IMG/VR virus record: IMGVR_UViG_2902229301_000001
Span: 683 to 64,682 of that record
Direction: 5' to 3' (one strand)
Length of the DNA stretch: 64,000 bases
DNA from: a virus
This document shows positions 8,828 to 18,512 of the stretch, piece after piece; within the stretch, counting starts at the first letter, position 1; every line of letters starts with the position of its first letter. Made by a program: the position numbers and the translations under genes. The notes beneath the pieces are model-generated. The model saw only the letters and a program-made list of their open reading frames with translations, was not told the origin of the DNA and ran no database searches.

Positions 8828-10810
8828 CTAATAAAAAATACGAAGAATACAACGCCAATTAGCCATATTCAGTTGCTGATTGCCTATCGTGCTGGTTTTA
8901 AATGACGCAGCCAGATAGTGCATGATGTTCAACTGCACAGTGCCTGCATTTAATGCTGGCAACAACGAATAGGGATGGGCGACACCTTGCTGCATAAAAA
9001 GTGTCATGGGATTAATCGCAAACTCACCAGCGCGGTATTCGCCTTCTGCGACGACACATTTAACCAACACATCGCAACGACAGTGCAGGGGATTAATACC
9101 GACCAATCCGTGAGACACTACGATTGGCGTGCTGGTTGCAGGCGTGTACTCACCCGAAATCCATACTCGTGACCCATTTAGATCAATGTCCGATGTACCA
9201 TCAAATGCTACGCCATTAATTTTTCTGGGGGTCGCCAATTTAGTCGCCGCCGCCGCAGTTCCATCCGCTGGCAACGCCGCAGTCGCTTTTGCCAGCGCGT
9301 TAGTTGCAATAGAGTGAGCCGTAAAAAGCTGCTGCGCTGTCGCAGCAATAGTTCTGCTATTACTGTTAATTGACGAGCTCAACACCACCACACCCGCGAC
9401 GTCATATGATGCCGCGGGAACGTTTTTAATCTGTGACCAGTCAGAATCAACGATAATATCTGCCGAACCGTCAAATGCCACGCCGTTGATTTTGCGGGCT
9501 GTAGCCAGCTTAGTAGCCGCAGCCGCAGTGCCACCCGCAGTCAGCGCACCAACGTCACCAGCAGTGAGCACGATATCTGCCGATAGCGCTTTGCCGTTAA
9601 CGGTACGCCCTGACGGCACGCGGCCATTAGCGTTGGTATTCGCGTTGGTCGCTGCCGTAGCGGCATTATTCGCGGCGGTGGTTGCTGCGGTGACGCGGGT
9701 GTCGGTTTCCGCTTTGGTGTATGCCCCCACATCCCCGGCACCCAGCGCGATATCTGCCGACAGCGCTTTACCGTTGACGGTACGCCCGGACGGCACGCGG
9801 CCATTAGCGTTCGTGTTGGCGTTAGCCGCTGCGGTGGCGGCATTGTTGGCAGCGGTGGTTGCCGTGGCAACGCGGGTATCAGTTTCTGCTTTGGTATATG
9901 CCCCTACATCGGTGGCAGTAAGGGCGATATCAGCCGTTAGCGCTTTACCGTTAACCTTCCGTGCAGACGGCACGCGGCCATTGGCGTTGATATTCGCGTT
10001 AGCCGCTGCGGTGGCGGCATTGTTGGCAGCAGTGGTTGCCGTGGCAACACGGGTATCAGTTTCTGCTTTGGTATACGCCCCCACATCGGCAGCAATAAGG
10101 GCGATATCTGCTGTCAGTTCTTTACCGTTCACTTTCCGTGCAGACGGCACGCGGCCATTGGCGTTGGTATTCGCGTTAGCTGCTGCGGTGGCGGCATTGT
10201 TGGCAGCAGTAACGGCCGCTTTCACCGCTTTAGGGGTTGCGGCCAGTAGCTCACTGTCGCTGTTCGTCGCGTTGCTAAGTTGCACGAATCCCTTTGCGTT
10301 TAACGTGCCGTCAGGGTGTTTGCGGCTTTTTTCATGTGCATTGATAGCATCATCAACATAGCCCCGCGTTGCTAGCACGACTGCCGGATCGATTTTCAAC
10401 GTCACCGCGTCAGTGCTGCTGACAATCAGGATCATACGCACGGTCTGAATACGACCGCTTCCCTCTTGTAGTAATGGTTTGTACGTCTCGGCGCAGTTCC
10501 CTATTGCGACCAGATCGCCGTCAGCGTCAAACAGGCCGATTTCACGTATCCAGAATCCGCCTTCATTTTCTGGAATGACTTGTTCCGCAATAATCTGATT
10601 GGTATTTACTGGATCAACGCTCAGTGTATTGATGCCCGCCCGTCGCTTTTCATTAATCAGGGCGGTTTGTGCTGGGTTCGGTGTTGGAAGCGTGCCGCCG
10701 CCATCGCCCACAGCCATATGCGTGATATCAAGATGTGAACCTAGCACGGTGGCGTTTGCCAGCTTGGCTGCACCAATATTCGTTAGTAAGACAAAGTATT
10801 TCGTACTCAT
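8828..10810 (-). CDS. H: Tail fibre protein H
   Basis: P2 gpH N-terminal domain (AVGDGGG.LP.P...EQVIPENEGGFWIRE), HPDGT, KLATPRKINGVAFDG repeats. Confidence 0.93.
   Translation of the reverse strand: MSTKYFVLLTNIGAAKLANATVLGSHLDITHMAVGDGGGTLPTPNPAQTALINEKRRAGINTLSVDPVNTNQIIAEQVIPENEGGFWIREIGLFDADGDLVAIGNCAETYKPLLQEGSGRIQTVRMILIVSSTDAVTLKIDPAVVLATRGYVDDAINAHEKSRKHPDGTLNAKGFVQLSNATNSDSELLAATPKAVKAAVTAANNAATAAANANTNANGRVPSARKVNGKELTADIALIAADVGAYTKAETDTRVATATTAANNAATAAANANINANGRVPSARKVNGKALTADIALTATDVGAYTKAETDTRVATATTAANNAATAAANANTNANGRVPSGRTVNGKALSADIALGAGDVGAYTKAETDTRVTAATTAANNAATAATNANTNANGRVPSGRTVNGKALSADIVLTAGDVGALTAGGTAAAATKLATARKINGVAFDGSADIIVDSDWSQIKNVPAASYDVAGVVVLSSSINSNSRTIAATAQQLFTAHSIATNALAKATAALPADGTAAAATKLATPRKINGVAFDGTSDIDLNGSRVWISGEYTPATSTPIVVSHGLVGINPLHCRCDVLVKCVVAEGEYRAGEFAINPMTLFMQQGVAHPYSLLPALNAGTVQLNIMHYLAASFKTSTIGNQQLNMANWRCILRIFY
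9545..10165 (-). repeat. 177-bp (59-aa) tandem repeat in tail fibre, 3 full + 1 partial unit
   Basis: NANGRVPS units start at 10165, 9988, 9811, 9634. Confidence 0.9.
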
Positions 10811-11415
10811 TGGGTTACTCTCATCGTATCAATCAGGTGAACGCCCGCGCCGACGACATCTAATCCGCTAGCGGTAATGGTTTCAGGGAAGTAGGGGTAA
10901 ACAGTAAGCGTGTCGCCGCTGTAGCTAGTGGCCGCAACATAGGCTGCGCCCTGTGTGTCGAGGTTGATATTCAGCCCCAACAGGTGCCGACTGGCGGGTT
11001 TGGCGTCGGCAATCAACCGCTCAAGCTCGTTAAAGACCTCTTCGGTGATGCCGCTATCCTGCACGCCAATATCTAACCGAAAGGTGCCGGGCGCTTCGCC
11101 GTTCTGCCACCATTCGATGATGCGAATCAGATAACCAAACGGCTCAACCACGCGACGCAGTGCGCCGATGGTGCCTTTGTGGCGATGAATAAAGTAGGCA
11201 TCCTTTATAGCTTGACGCTTAATGACTTCCGGCCATTTTTCATCCCAGCGATCAACTGAGAATGCCCATGCCAGATAGGGCAGCAGGTTTGACGGGCAAC
11301 TGTCTGGATCACATAACTGATGTAACGGGATCGGCGTGCGGGATAATTCCGCGCAGGCTTTGGCTGCGGCAATTTCCAACTCAGATGAACCAACGGGTAG
11401 CAGGCTGTTATTCAT
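10807..11415 (-). CDS. I: Baseplate/tail protein I
   Basis: LLPYLAWAFSVDRWD...HRHKGTIGALRRVVEP. Confidence 0.95.
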   Translation of the reverse strand: MNNSLLPVGSSELEIAAAKACAELSRTPIPLHQLCDPDSCPSNLLPYLAWAFSVDRWDEKWPEVIKRQAIKDAYFIHRHKGTIGALRRVVEPFGYLIRIIEWWQNGEAPGTFRLDIGVQDSGITEEVFNELERLIADAKPASRHLLGLNINLDTQGAAYVAATSYSGDTLTVYPYFPETITASGLDVVGAGVHLIDTMRVTQ

Positions 11416-12322
11416 CTGATCCCCCGATATTCAGCACCCAGTTAGCGCAGTAAGACGCCTGGCTTTTATCAAGCACGATATCTGCGGCTGGGCTTTCCAA
11501 ATCAACGCGCTGTACACCCTCAACATGGAGTGCCGCGAAGATTGCAGATCGGCGAATATCACGGCCTAACCTATGCTGTGCGGTGATGTACGTCTGCAAG
11601 CGTGCTTCTGCTGCGATGCGAATAGGCTCGGCTTCCGGCCCCGGATAGAAATACAGCGTCGCGTTAATGCCATAGGGGATGATGACCGCTGATTGCACCG
11701 TCACACGGTCTGCAACGGGGCGCACGTTTTCGGCATTCAACGCGGTATCAACTGCCTGCAATACTTCGTTGCTGGCACTTCCATCACCTTCACGCGACAG
11801 CACGGTCACCGTAACGGCGGCAGGGCTGGGGCTAACCGCGCTGGCGTCAGCGACTCGCCCATCGGCACTACGTGCGTGAAACTCATAGGCTGCGGTTGGC
11901 CCCGCAACACTCAACCCCTCGAATGCCTGTTGTGCGCGTGTACGCAGATCGGCATCAGATTCCATGACCGCTGCAACAGGTGGGATCGCCGTTGTATCTT
12001 CTGCGGTGATAACCAGTCGCTGCACATTGACGTTAGCCGCTAGCTGATCAAGGTCGCTTCCGGCGGCGTAAGCCAGCATGTTAGCGCTGGCCGCTTCGTT
12101 AACTCGCTGACGCAATAACAGTTCATGATAGACAGACAGTTGCAGCAGCTTGGTTAGCGGCTCAGATTCCAGCGCCAGCGTGCGTGTGATGGCATCACGT
12201 TGCTCGACTGGAAACAGAGCGATAAACATCGCCTTGCGTTCCGCATACAACGTTTCGTAGTCCAGTGTTTCAACGACATCGGGGGCAGGCAGCAAGGATA
12301 AATCAATCAATCCGCTCATCAC
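11408..12322 (-). CDS. J: Baseplate assembly protein J
   Basis: IDLSLLPAPDVVE...GLSVAGP..AYEFHARSADG. Confidence 0.95.
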   Translation of the reverse strand: MMSGLIDLSLLPAPDVVETLDYETLYAERKAMFIALFPVEQRDAITRTLALESEPLTKLLQLSVYHELLLRQRVNEAASANMLAYAAGSDLDQLAANVNVQRLVITAEDTTAIPPVAAVMESDADLRTRAQQAFEGLSVAGPTAAYEFHARSADGRVADASAVSPSPAAVTVTVLSREGDGSASNEVLQAVDTALNAENVRPVADRVTVQSAVIIPYGINATLYFYPGPEAEPIRIAAEARLQTYITAQHRLGRDIRRSAIFAALHVEGVQRVDLESPAADIVLDKSQASYCANWVLNIGGSDE

Positions 12323-12675
12323 GCCCCCTGTAGTGAAATGGTGGCGCTAAATGCCGCCAGATTGTCTGTGCGCTGTGCCTGAAGTGTGACGGCAACGAGT
12401 CCGGCACCACGGGTTTCCAGCGTGATTTTTGTTGGGGTAATACGCGGCTCCCAACGCATTAATGCGCTGTAGATGGCTGACGTTATCTTTAGCTTTATTG
12501 CAGGCTCTTGAGGTTCGTCAATCAGCGAAAAAAGCTGTGAACCGTAACTGCGCCGCATTAGGCGGCTACCAACAGGGGTGAGTAAAATATCGCGCACTGA
12601 CTGGTTGATATGCTCATCATCAGTGATTGCACGTCCGTTACTGGCATTCATGCCGATGTATTTTTCATTGCTCAT
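12319..12675 (-). CDS. W: Baseplate wedge protein W (GPW/gp25)
   Basis: HINQSVRDILLTPVGSRLMRR.YGS. Confidence 0.93.
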   Translation of the reverse strand: MSNEKYIGMNASNGRAITDDEHINQSVRDILLTPVGSRLMRRSYGSQLFSLIDEPQEPAIKLKITSAIYSALMRWEPRITPTKITLETRGAGLVAVTLQAQRTDNLAAFSATISLQGA

Positions 12676-13256
12676 TGCGGGCCATCCGTTTGGCTGCCGC
12701 CGCGCTGTACGCCGCCGTGAGTATGACTGTCTACGACCACGCCATTTGATGACATTTTGCCGCCGGTGTGGGTGATATCACCCCGCATCGTGCCGCCTTT
12801 TTCTACGCTGAGCGTTTGCGTGCTGAGATGCTGAGTGCAAATCACTTTCGGGGTGTCCAGCGTGATAGATTCAGCCGCTTCAACGATCACCTTTTTGACG
12901 CCTTTAACGGTCATCGTTGAGGTGTTGGCATCATACTTTTCGCTGGCGCCATCGGGATAAACGGTGGTGTATACCTTTGGGGTGTTGCTGGGCGCACCGT
13001 GCTGACTGGAATACAGGCTTAACACGATCACAGCCGTTGCCAGATCGCCGCCTGGTGCTGCGATAAGCACCTGTTCGCCCACTGACAGCGGCCACCACGA
13101 TGTAGCATCACCCGCGCGCGCTACGCCCCAGCGTATCCAGTCCGTGGTATTCCCGCCGGTTTCCACGCGTGCCAAATGACGGGTGTGATCGACGTCAACA
13201 ACCGTACCGATACGGATCAGGTTATGCAGCAGGCGGTCAAACTCATTGGAGGTCAT
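12672..13256 (-). CDS. V: Baseplate spike protein V
   Basis: NLIRIGTV...SVGEQVL, C-terminal HTH iron-binding motif. Confidence 0.92.
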   Translation of the reverse strand: MTSNEFDRLLHNLIRIGTVVDVDHTRHLARVETGGNTTDWIRWGVARAGDATSWWPLSVGEQVLIAAPGGDLATAVIVLSLYSSQHGAPSNTPKVYTTVYPDGASEKYDANTSTMTVKGVKKVIVEAAESITLDTPKVICTQHLSTQTLSVEKGGTMRGDITHTGGKMSSNGVVVDSHTHGGVQRGGSQTDGPQ

Positions 13257-13327
13257 GGCTGGCGCTCGATAATCAATTCATAGCGCCAGTTTCAGGTGTC
13301 GCGCGCGGGCGCACAACGGAAGGGGAT

Positions 13328-13345
13328 TGTAGGGAGGCGGAGACA
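13328..13345. promoter_or_regulatory. Ogr box of V operon promoter
   Basis: TGT-AGGGAGGCGGAG-ACA, perfect TGT-N12-ACA upstream of V. Confidence 0.7.
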
Positions 13346-13354
13346 ATATAAACG

Positions 13355-13999
13355 TTATTTTCTCAATTCATCCATTAAATCGTGATAAACGAGGTTCAGT
13401 AATTTCACTTTCTCTGATGGTGACACCCCCAGTAGCTCACGCTGAGGGTAGCGTACTTTTGTTAATGCGCTCACTGTCCCCATCAAACCATATTGATGTT
13501 GGCGAGCGATATCAGCAGCTTTCCCTTTAAATTCTACAACTGCCGCATTTGGATAGGCTTTTGCATATAAAAATTGTGCGGTGCGCAATTTGCGAAACAT
13601 GGGGTAATCTCGCTTCACCGTCTGTCTTTTTTCACTTCGATTAATTTCTAAATAACGTTCTATATCATCACGATTAAATGAACGAACCGCACCTTTATTC
13701 ACATCAAAGCCAGTAATCATTCGACCTGATGACGTTTTCGATGAACGCCAATTACTGAGGGTACGCGCTTCGCCATTCCACAAGAAACGGATGCCTAATT
13801 GAGTACGTCTTAGCTTTTTTTTGCGAGGGGCATAAGAAGACCCATCCACGTTTTTTTGCTGACGAATTCGCTTTTGCTGATCGAGACGAATAGCCATCCC
13901 TAACTTACGTGCTAGTTTTTTTCTGTAGCTTGGCTTCGTTGTCCCTATTAGGGATTGCAACTCTTTTTCAAGCTCAATGAATAGGTTTTCACTCATCAT
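13355..13999 (-). CDS. S: Tail completion/virion morphogenesis protein S
   Basis: QQKRIRQQKNVDGSSYAPRK, MFRKLRTA, ARQHQYGL, YPQRELLG. Confidence 0.88.
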   Translation of the reverse strand: MMSENLFIELEKELQSLIGTTKPSYRKKLARKLGMAIRLDQQKRIRQQKNVDGSSYAPRKKKLRRTQLGIRFLWNGEARTLSNWRSSKTSSGRMITGFDVNKGAVRSFNRDDIERYLEINRSEKRQTVKRDYPMFRKLRTAQFLYAKAYPNAAVVEFKGKAADIARQHQYGLMGTVSALTKVRYPQRELLGVSPSEKVKLLNLVYHDLMDELRK

Positions 14000-14487
14000 T
14001 AACCTGCCGTAGCGTCATGAATAACTGTGCTGGCCACATCGTCTTTTACCAGTAATCCCCATGCATCCTGTCCTTCCATCGGATCAGGTGGAGGATCAGC
14101 ACGATGACGAGCGTTGATTTCGCCAGCTTCATTGCGGGTGACGATCACCGCCTCATCAGCCTGGATACGGATCAATAAATCGGCCGTACTATTACTCAGC
14201 AAATCCGCTTCAAACGTAATACCTGTTTTACGCCGTTCTGGGTTAAGTAATAAATCCGGTTGATAGATTCTCGCCCACATCAGCACTGGCACCATTAGCG
14301 TATCGATAGAATGCGGATAGTCCATTGCCAGCACTTCCAACGTGTAGCGATATTCAAAGGAGGCGGAGCGCGCACCGGTACTTATTGCATTCCCCTTCTG
14401 TACATAGACGACCAGTTGATCGGGGTTTTCCCGCAACCACGGCACCTGTTCGCTAATGGCTTTTCTCAGCAGTTCCGCTTTTAGCAT
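13999..14487 (-). CDS. R: Tail completion protein R
   Basis: Start refined to MLKAELLR; L..NPD.L, SFEYRYTL, YQPDLL.NP. Confidence 0.88.
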   Translation of the reverse strand: MLKAELLRKAISEQVPWLRENPDQLVVYVQKGNAISTGARSASFEYRYTLEVLAMDYPHSIDTLMVPVLMWARIYQPDLLLNPERRKTGITFEADLLSNSTADLLIRIQADEAVIVTRNEAGEINARHRADPPPDPMEGQDAWGLLVKDDVASTVIHDATAG

Positions 14488-14743
14488 GTTGTTGCTCTCT
14501 TTGTTGTTCAGCCTGTCGAATGAGCGCTTTATCTTTATTGGCGCTCTCCAGTGCAGCCAGCAGCAGACCATTCCAGCCAACGGACTGGCCGTAGGTCAGA
14601 CGGTTATTGACTATCGCGCCCTGTGGCATCGGTATTACCGTCGGTGCGGTTAGGTTCGCTGGCAAGGGAACGCAGGCTATCGGCACGTAAACGGTTCGCG
14701 TAGTCGAGCAACTGCACAGCAGCGCCATCAGGCACAAACTCAT
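14453..14743 (-). CDS. o-spanin (Rz1/LysC-like lipoprotein)
   Basis: Lipobox LLCSC, Pro-rich segment, overlaps i-spanin. Confidence 0.75.
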   Translation of the reverse strand: MSLCLMALLCSCSTTRTVYVPIACVPLPANLTAPTVIPMPQGAIVNNRLTYGQSVGWNGLLLAALESANKDKALIRQAEQQREQQHAKSGTAEKSH

Positions 14744-15029
14744 TAGCGCAGACCTGACCGGCCAGCGCCTGACTAATGGCCTGGCTACGCGTTTCGGCTT
14801 CCTGCTGTATCTGGCGTTTATCATGTTCAGCCTCACGTGACAGCGTGTTGAAGATTTGAAAGGTACGTTGCTGATTACTGATAATGCGCTCGGTACTGTC
14901 CCGCTCGTTGATTAAGGTTGCCAGTTCACCGGAAAGGCGCTGTGATTTTTGTCGGTAGTGGTCAGCCAGTGCGATAGCGGTGATAAACAGCAGTGCGGCA
15001 GTTAATATCGCTATAACTTTTCCAGACAT
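14604..15029 (-). CDS. i-spanin (Rz/LysB-like)
   Basis: N-terminal TM then coiled coil, follows endolysin. Confidence 0.75.
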   Translation of the reverse strand: MSGKVIAILTAALLFITAIALADHYRQKSQRLSGELATLINERDSTERIISNQQRTFQIFNTLSREAEHDKRQIQQEAETRSQAISQALAGQVCANEFVPDGAAVQLLDYANRLRADSLRSLASEPNRTDGNTDATGRDSQ

Positions 15030-15487
15030 AGCACTCTCTCGGCCTCGCGGCGATTGGTCAACCCTTGCCAGACCCGACCAGCGGCTTTGTTCCAGCGGCG
15101 TAATTCGTTACATGCGCCGGTGAGATCGCCATGGTTTAGTTTTTTAAGCAGGGTCGAACGCTCAAATGCCCCCGTCCCGACGTTGTAGATAAAACTTGCC
15201 AGTGCCGCGCGCTGTAACTCACTGAGTGGAACCGTAACTAACCGATCGATGGCATGAAAAGCAGGCTTTAAATCCTGCTGTAACAATGCGTCGCACTCAG
15301 CATCTGTTTTGTAGTCGCCGGCCTTTACATCACCGGTATGCCCGTAGCAAATCGTCCAGACTCCCGCGATATCACGGTAAGCGGTGTTCTCTTTGCCCTC
15401 AAAAAAGCCAACAAAGACGGTAGCTATCGCCAATGCGCATGCGGTAACGACGGGAATGATTCGCTGTTTCAGTACCTCAGGTAACAT
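15011..15487 (-). CDS. Endolysin, GH24 lysozyme with SAR-like N-terminus
   Basis: FEG...AYRDIAGVWTICYGHT catalytic triad; hydrophobic N-terminal helix. Confidence 0.92.
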   Translation of the reverse strand: MLPEVLKQRIIPVVTACALAIATVFVGFFEGKENTAYRDIAGVWTICYGHTGDVKAGDYKTDAECDALLQQDLKPAFHAIDRLVTVPLSELQRAALASFIYNVGTGAFERSTLLKKLNHGDLTGACNELRRWNKAAGRVWQGLTNRREAERVLCLEKL

Positions 15488-15779
15488 CACGACCTCTACG
15501 CCCTGTTTCCTGCCCATTCATCACGCGCAAAGCGTCCAGCGTTTCAGGCAGGTTTTCATGATCAACTTTCCTGACCAGCTCCCGCATTAAGTCTGTGCGC
15601 TGTGCCTGGTCACGCTCTATGTTCTTTTTGTGGTTGCGGTTCACCCAAAACGTGAGCAACCCGATAGCAATCCCTATTAGCGTTGCCCAGTCGCTCAGCG
15701 TCATTCGCCCTGCTGTAGCGATCAGCGTGGCAAGCAGATAGGTGATTGCCGATGCCACGCGATCTGTCGTCAGTCCCAT
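15477..15779 (-). CDS. Holin (HP1-like)
   Basis: Small TM protein (DWATLIGIAIGLLTFWVN) directly upstream of endolysin. Confidence 0.75.
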   Translation of the reverse strand: MGLTTDRVASAITYLLATLIATAGRMTLSDWATLIGIAIGLLTFWVNRNHKKNIERDQAQRTDLMRELVRKVDHENLPETLDALRVMNGQETGRRGRDVT

Positions 15780-15973
15780 AGCTGTATGATTTCCTGTTGT
15801 GTTGCTGCGGTGACGTCTGGCAGCGTGACCAGCAGGCCAGCCGGTAACAATGGCCCACGCTCACACAATCCCGGATTGGCCGCGTAAACCCCTTCGGTTA
15901 CGCCGTCTGTTCTGCCGTAATAGCGCCAGCACAGCAGATCAACGGTGTCATTTTGCTGTGCACGAACTTCCAT
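15770..15973 (-). CDS. X: Tail protein X (LysM-like)
   Basis: AQQNDTVDLLCWRYYG...ANPGL...QLWD. Confidence 0.93.
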   Translation of the reverse strand: MEVRAQQNDTVDLLCWRYYGRTDGVTEGVYAANPGLCERGPLLPAGLLVTLPDVTAATQQEIIQLWD

Positions 15974-16479
15974 CAGACCAACTCAGCCAGGCCGCGATTA
16001 ACACCGAGGATGTCGCGGATAGCCCAGCGGCCGTCGCGCCATAGCGTGTCAATCTGTGAACTCAACGCCTCTGCGTGCTTTTCCCCCTCGCGCGTGGTGT
16101 CGATATCGCGATAACCCTCGATCAATAACGCTTTGGTGATGGAGTACACCGCACGGCGGTAGCGCCAGACCAAAACGGACTCGCCATTGATCTGGTCGAT
16201 ATCGTCAGCGCCATCGGGTTTAACCTCTGACAGAACGGCAAGCCCACGTTGCTCTTGGCTGTTTCGCCAGTCGGCCAACTGTCCGTTAACGTGCGCAACC
16301 GCTTCTATGGCCTTATCCATCAGGCGATCCGTTGTCACTTGCCCGTCAAGACGCATCGCGCGACGCAGAGCGGACAGGACAATCACCGGCCAAAATGCAT
16401 GGCTCGTCACTTTCGCATCACCATCGTTGATGGTGTCCTGCGTGGCTGGCCTTACCGGCTCTGTGGCAATCAGGCTCAT
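15973..16479 (-). CDS. L: Head completion protein L
   Basis: FWP.I....RRAMRLDGQVT.DRL, YRRAVY, RWAIRDILG. Confidence 0.92.
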   Translation of the reverse strand: MSLIATEPVRPATQDTINDGDAKVTSHAFWPVIVLSALRRAMRLDGQVTTDRLMDKAIEAVAHVNGQLADWRNSQEQRGLAVLSEVKPDGADDIDQINGESVLVWRYRRAVYSITKALLIEGYRDIDTTREGEKHAEALSSQIDTLWRDGRWAIRDILGVNRGLAELV

Positions 16480-16575
16480 GGCATTACCTCAAAAGACAGG
16501 CGGTGGACGACGCAACACGACACAATAAATTGCCCGTATTACGCCGTGCCGCCTGGTGCGCGGGGGCACGTTTGG

Positions 16576-17385
16576 TTACGACGCGCTTTTTTTGGCGCGT
16601 GGTGTCGTAGTTCGTGATGCTTTCGCCGCCGTCGATTTACGCGGCGCTCTCGTTGCTTTGGCTGCGGGTTTGTCGGCTGGCTTATCCGCAGGCGGTGGCG
16701 CATCAGTGTTTTCTTCCTCTGGCTCAGTTGCTTTCTTGAGCGCCCGCCCCAGTAGCTCGATGTCGCGTTTAACCCCGATGCCATCAAACAGCGTGACAGC
16801 GCGTTGCAACCAGTCGCGCGCGGCGCTCAGCTCGTTGGTATCCAAACGCAGGGTGTAGCCCAACGTCTTGTAAAGTTTGGCGCGCACCTGATCAGGCATG
16901 TCTTCGCTAGCGGTAAGCCGTTCCAATTGCAACAGCAGGTCAGCAGCCAGAGGCGCAACGCTAACATCGGCTTTAAACGCTGCCAGTGCGGGATCGCAAA
17001 TCTCATCAACCAGCGCAGTGGCAACCGTGCGGGTGTACTGGTCGGGCATTGGCAGGCGATGGCGCAGGACATAATCAGCAATACGCAGCGCATCACCCAC
17101 CAATCCAGCATCAATCGACCAGATCATGATTGTGGTCAGCACTTCATCAGCGTGGCCGCTATCTGCCGCCAATACGCCATTAACCCAGCCCTGATAGTCG
17201 GGCAGCAGTTCGCGCTTTAGTTCGGCCTTTGTCGTGGCAGACTGCACCTGGCTTAAACGGGATTTATCCATCCTCAGCCGGTGCAATTGCTGTTCGTAGG
17301 CTGTGCGCTCAACGTCACCGCCGTTTGATTTGCCATGGCGCTGGGCCATGACAGTTTGAAAATGTCGCTGTGCAGGTGTCAGCAT
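16576..17385 (-). CDS. M: Terminase endonuclease subunit M
   Basis: MLTPAQRH...YEQQL..L..DK.RL, MPDQVRAKL, GVKRDIE. Confidence 0.92.
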   Translation of the reverse strand: MLTPAQRHFQTVMAQRHGKSNGGDVERTAYEQQLHRLRMDKSRLSQVQSATTKAELKRELLPDYQGWVNGVLAADSGHADEVLTTIMIWSIDAGLVGDALRIADYVLRHRLPMPDQYTRTVATALVDEICDPALAAFKADVSVAPLAADLLLQLERLTASEDMPDQVRAKLYKTLGYTLRLDTNELSAARDWLQRAVTLFDGIGVKRDIELLGRALKKATEPEEENTDAPPPADKPADKPAAKATRAPRKSTAAKASRTTTPRAKKSAS

Positions 17386-17434
17386 GATGCCCCCTTAGCA
17401 GACCGTGCGTTATCCGGCCTGCTTGCCGTTAAAA

Positions 17435-18478
17435 TTAGCCTTGCGTCGCTCCAGCAAACGTAATGCCTTCAATCAGGCATCCGGTTCCATAGTCTTCAAT
17501 GACATAGGCGTCATTCGATGACTCATAGGTCGCAATACGATTGCGCTCAGGTTCATCACGCACGGCACGGCGCTGCTTATCTTCCTGCCAGTAGATCGAC
17601 AGATTGCTAAACGGGGTCACGAACATGCTGCCATCAGGGAAAGACGGCGCAATGAAGGTTGGTAGATTGCCGATAGCCTTACGCGATACCAGCAGTTGGC
17701 CGGCCAACGCTTCAGAGTTCGGATTGTTGGTATTGATGGCGTTAATCAGCGGATATTCTTTGCTGACCATGATCTGACGACCACAGATGACCACTAAATC
17801 TTGTGATGACTTAAACCACTCATCCAGTAGCGAGTTAACGGCGTCATAGATCACGGCGTCGAGGTTGCCGTAATCTCCCTTCGCGATGATTTTATTTTCA
17901 TCATCACGGCTGGTGACAGTGATGTTTTTCATCACGCGCTGTGCGGCATGGAGGCGATATTTCTCCAGCCAGCCGATATTCACATCCTGCAACAGCGGGT
18001 TGGTTGCCAGATCGGATTTAGCGGCACGCGACGTACCGTTAAAACCAATCATGATGCGGTCGAGCGCCTTACGCTTGATGATCTGGTTGCTAATGCGCTG
18101 TTGGAAATCGGGGAACTTGGCCCACATATCCAACTGCGGATAGCTGATAAAGGTATCCGTATTGGTTTGCTCACAGCGGAATTTATCATCGTCCAGCGTG
18201 TGAACCGATTTCGGTTCACGTCGCTCGGTGCTTGATGTGTTCGAGCTTGAAATAGGGCCGCTGATACCTAACCCCAGCTTTTGCCCCTCTTGATCGGATA
18301 CACCGGTGATGTTGATTTTTTGCAACAGCTCGCTGGATTGCTGAACCTTATCTTCCAGCTTTTGCTGGATTGACGGTGCAACACTGAACTGCTTGGTAAC
18401 GTGATCAGGTTGGACGCCGTTAAGCTCAGCCTGGCGGTTAATGTAAGCGTCGTACAAAACGCGGGTTTCATTCTTCAT
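17435..18478 (-). CDS. N: Major capsid protein N
   Basis: LNGV...FSVAPSIQQKL, ALDRIMIGFNG, NPLLQDVNIGWL. Confidence 0.95.
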   Translation of the reverse strand: MKNETRVLYDAYINRQAELNGVQPDHVTKQFSVAPSIQQKLEDKVQQSSELLQKINITGVSDQEGQKLGLGISGPISSSNTSSTERREPKSVHTLDDDKFRCEQTNTDTFISYPQLDMWAKFPDFQQRISNQIIKRKALDRIMIGFNGTSRAAKSDLATNPLLQDVNIGWLEKYRLHAAQRVMKNITVTSRDDENKIIAKGDYGNLDAVIYDAVNSLLDEWFKSSQDLVVICGRQIMVSKEYPLINAINTNNPNSEALAGQLLVSRKAIGNLPTFIAPSFPDGSMFVTPFSNLSIYWQEDKQRRAVRDEPERNRIATYESSNDAYVIEDYGTGCLIEGITFAGATQG

Positions 18479-18512
18479 GTTAGGTTCCTGCGATAGTCGG
18501 TTTAAAGGGGGA

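Noticed and set aside
9545-10165. CRISPR-like array
   Set aside because: 177-bp in-frame coding repeats without unique spacers; no cas genes
9486-10361. Long plus-strand ORFs opposite the tail fibres (also 42771-43637)
   Set aside because: Shadow frames of Ala/Thr-rich repeats; no RBS or family motif
8828-10810. Invertible tail fibre (Gin/Pin/shufflon) system
   Set aside because: No invertase gene, no silent inverted tip cassette and no recognisable gix/hix-like inverted pair seen
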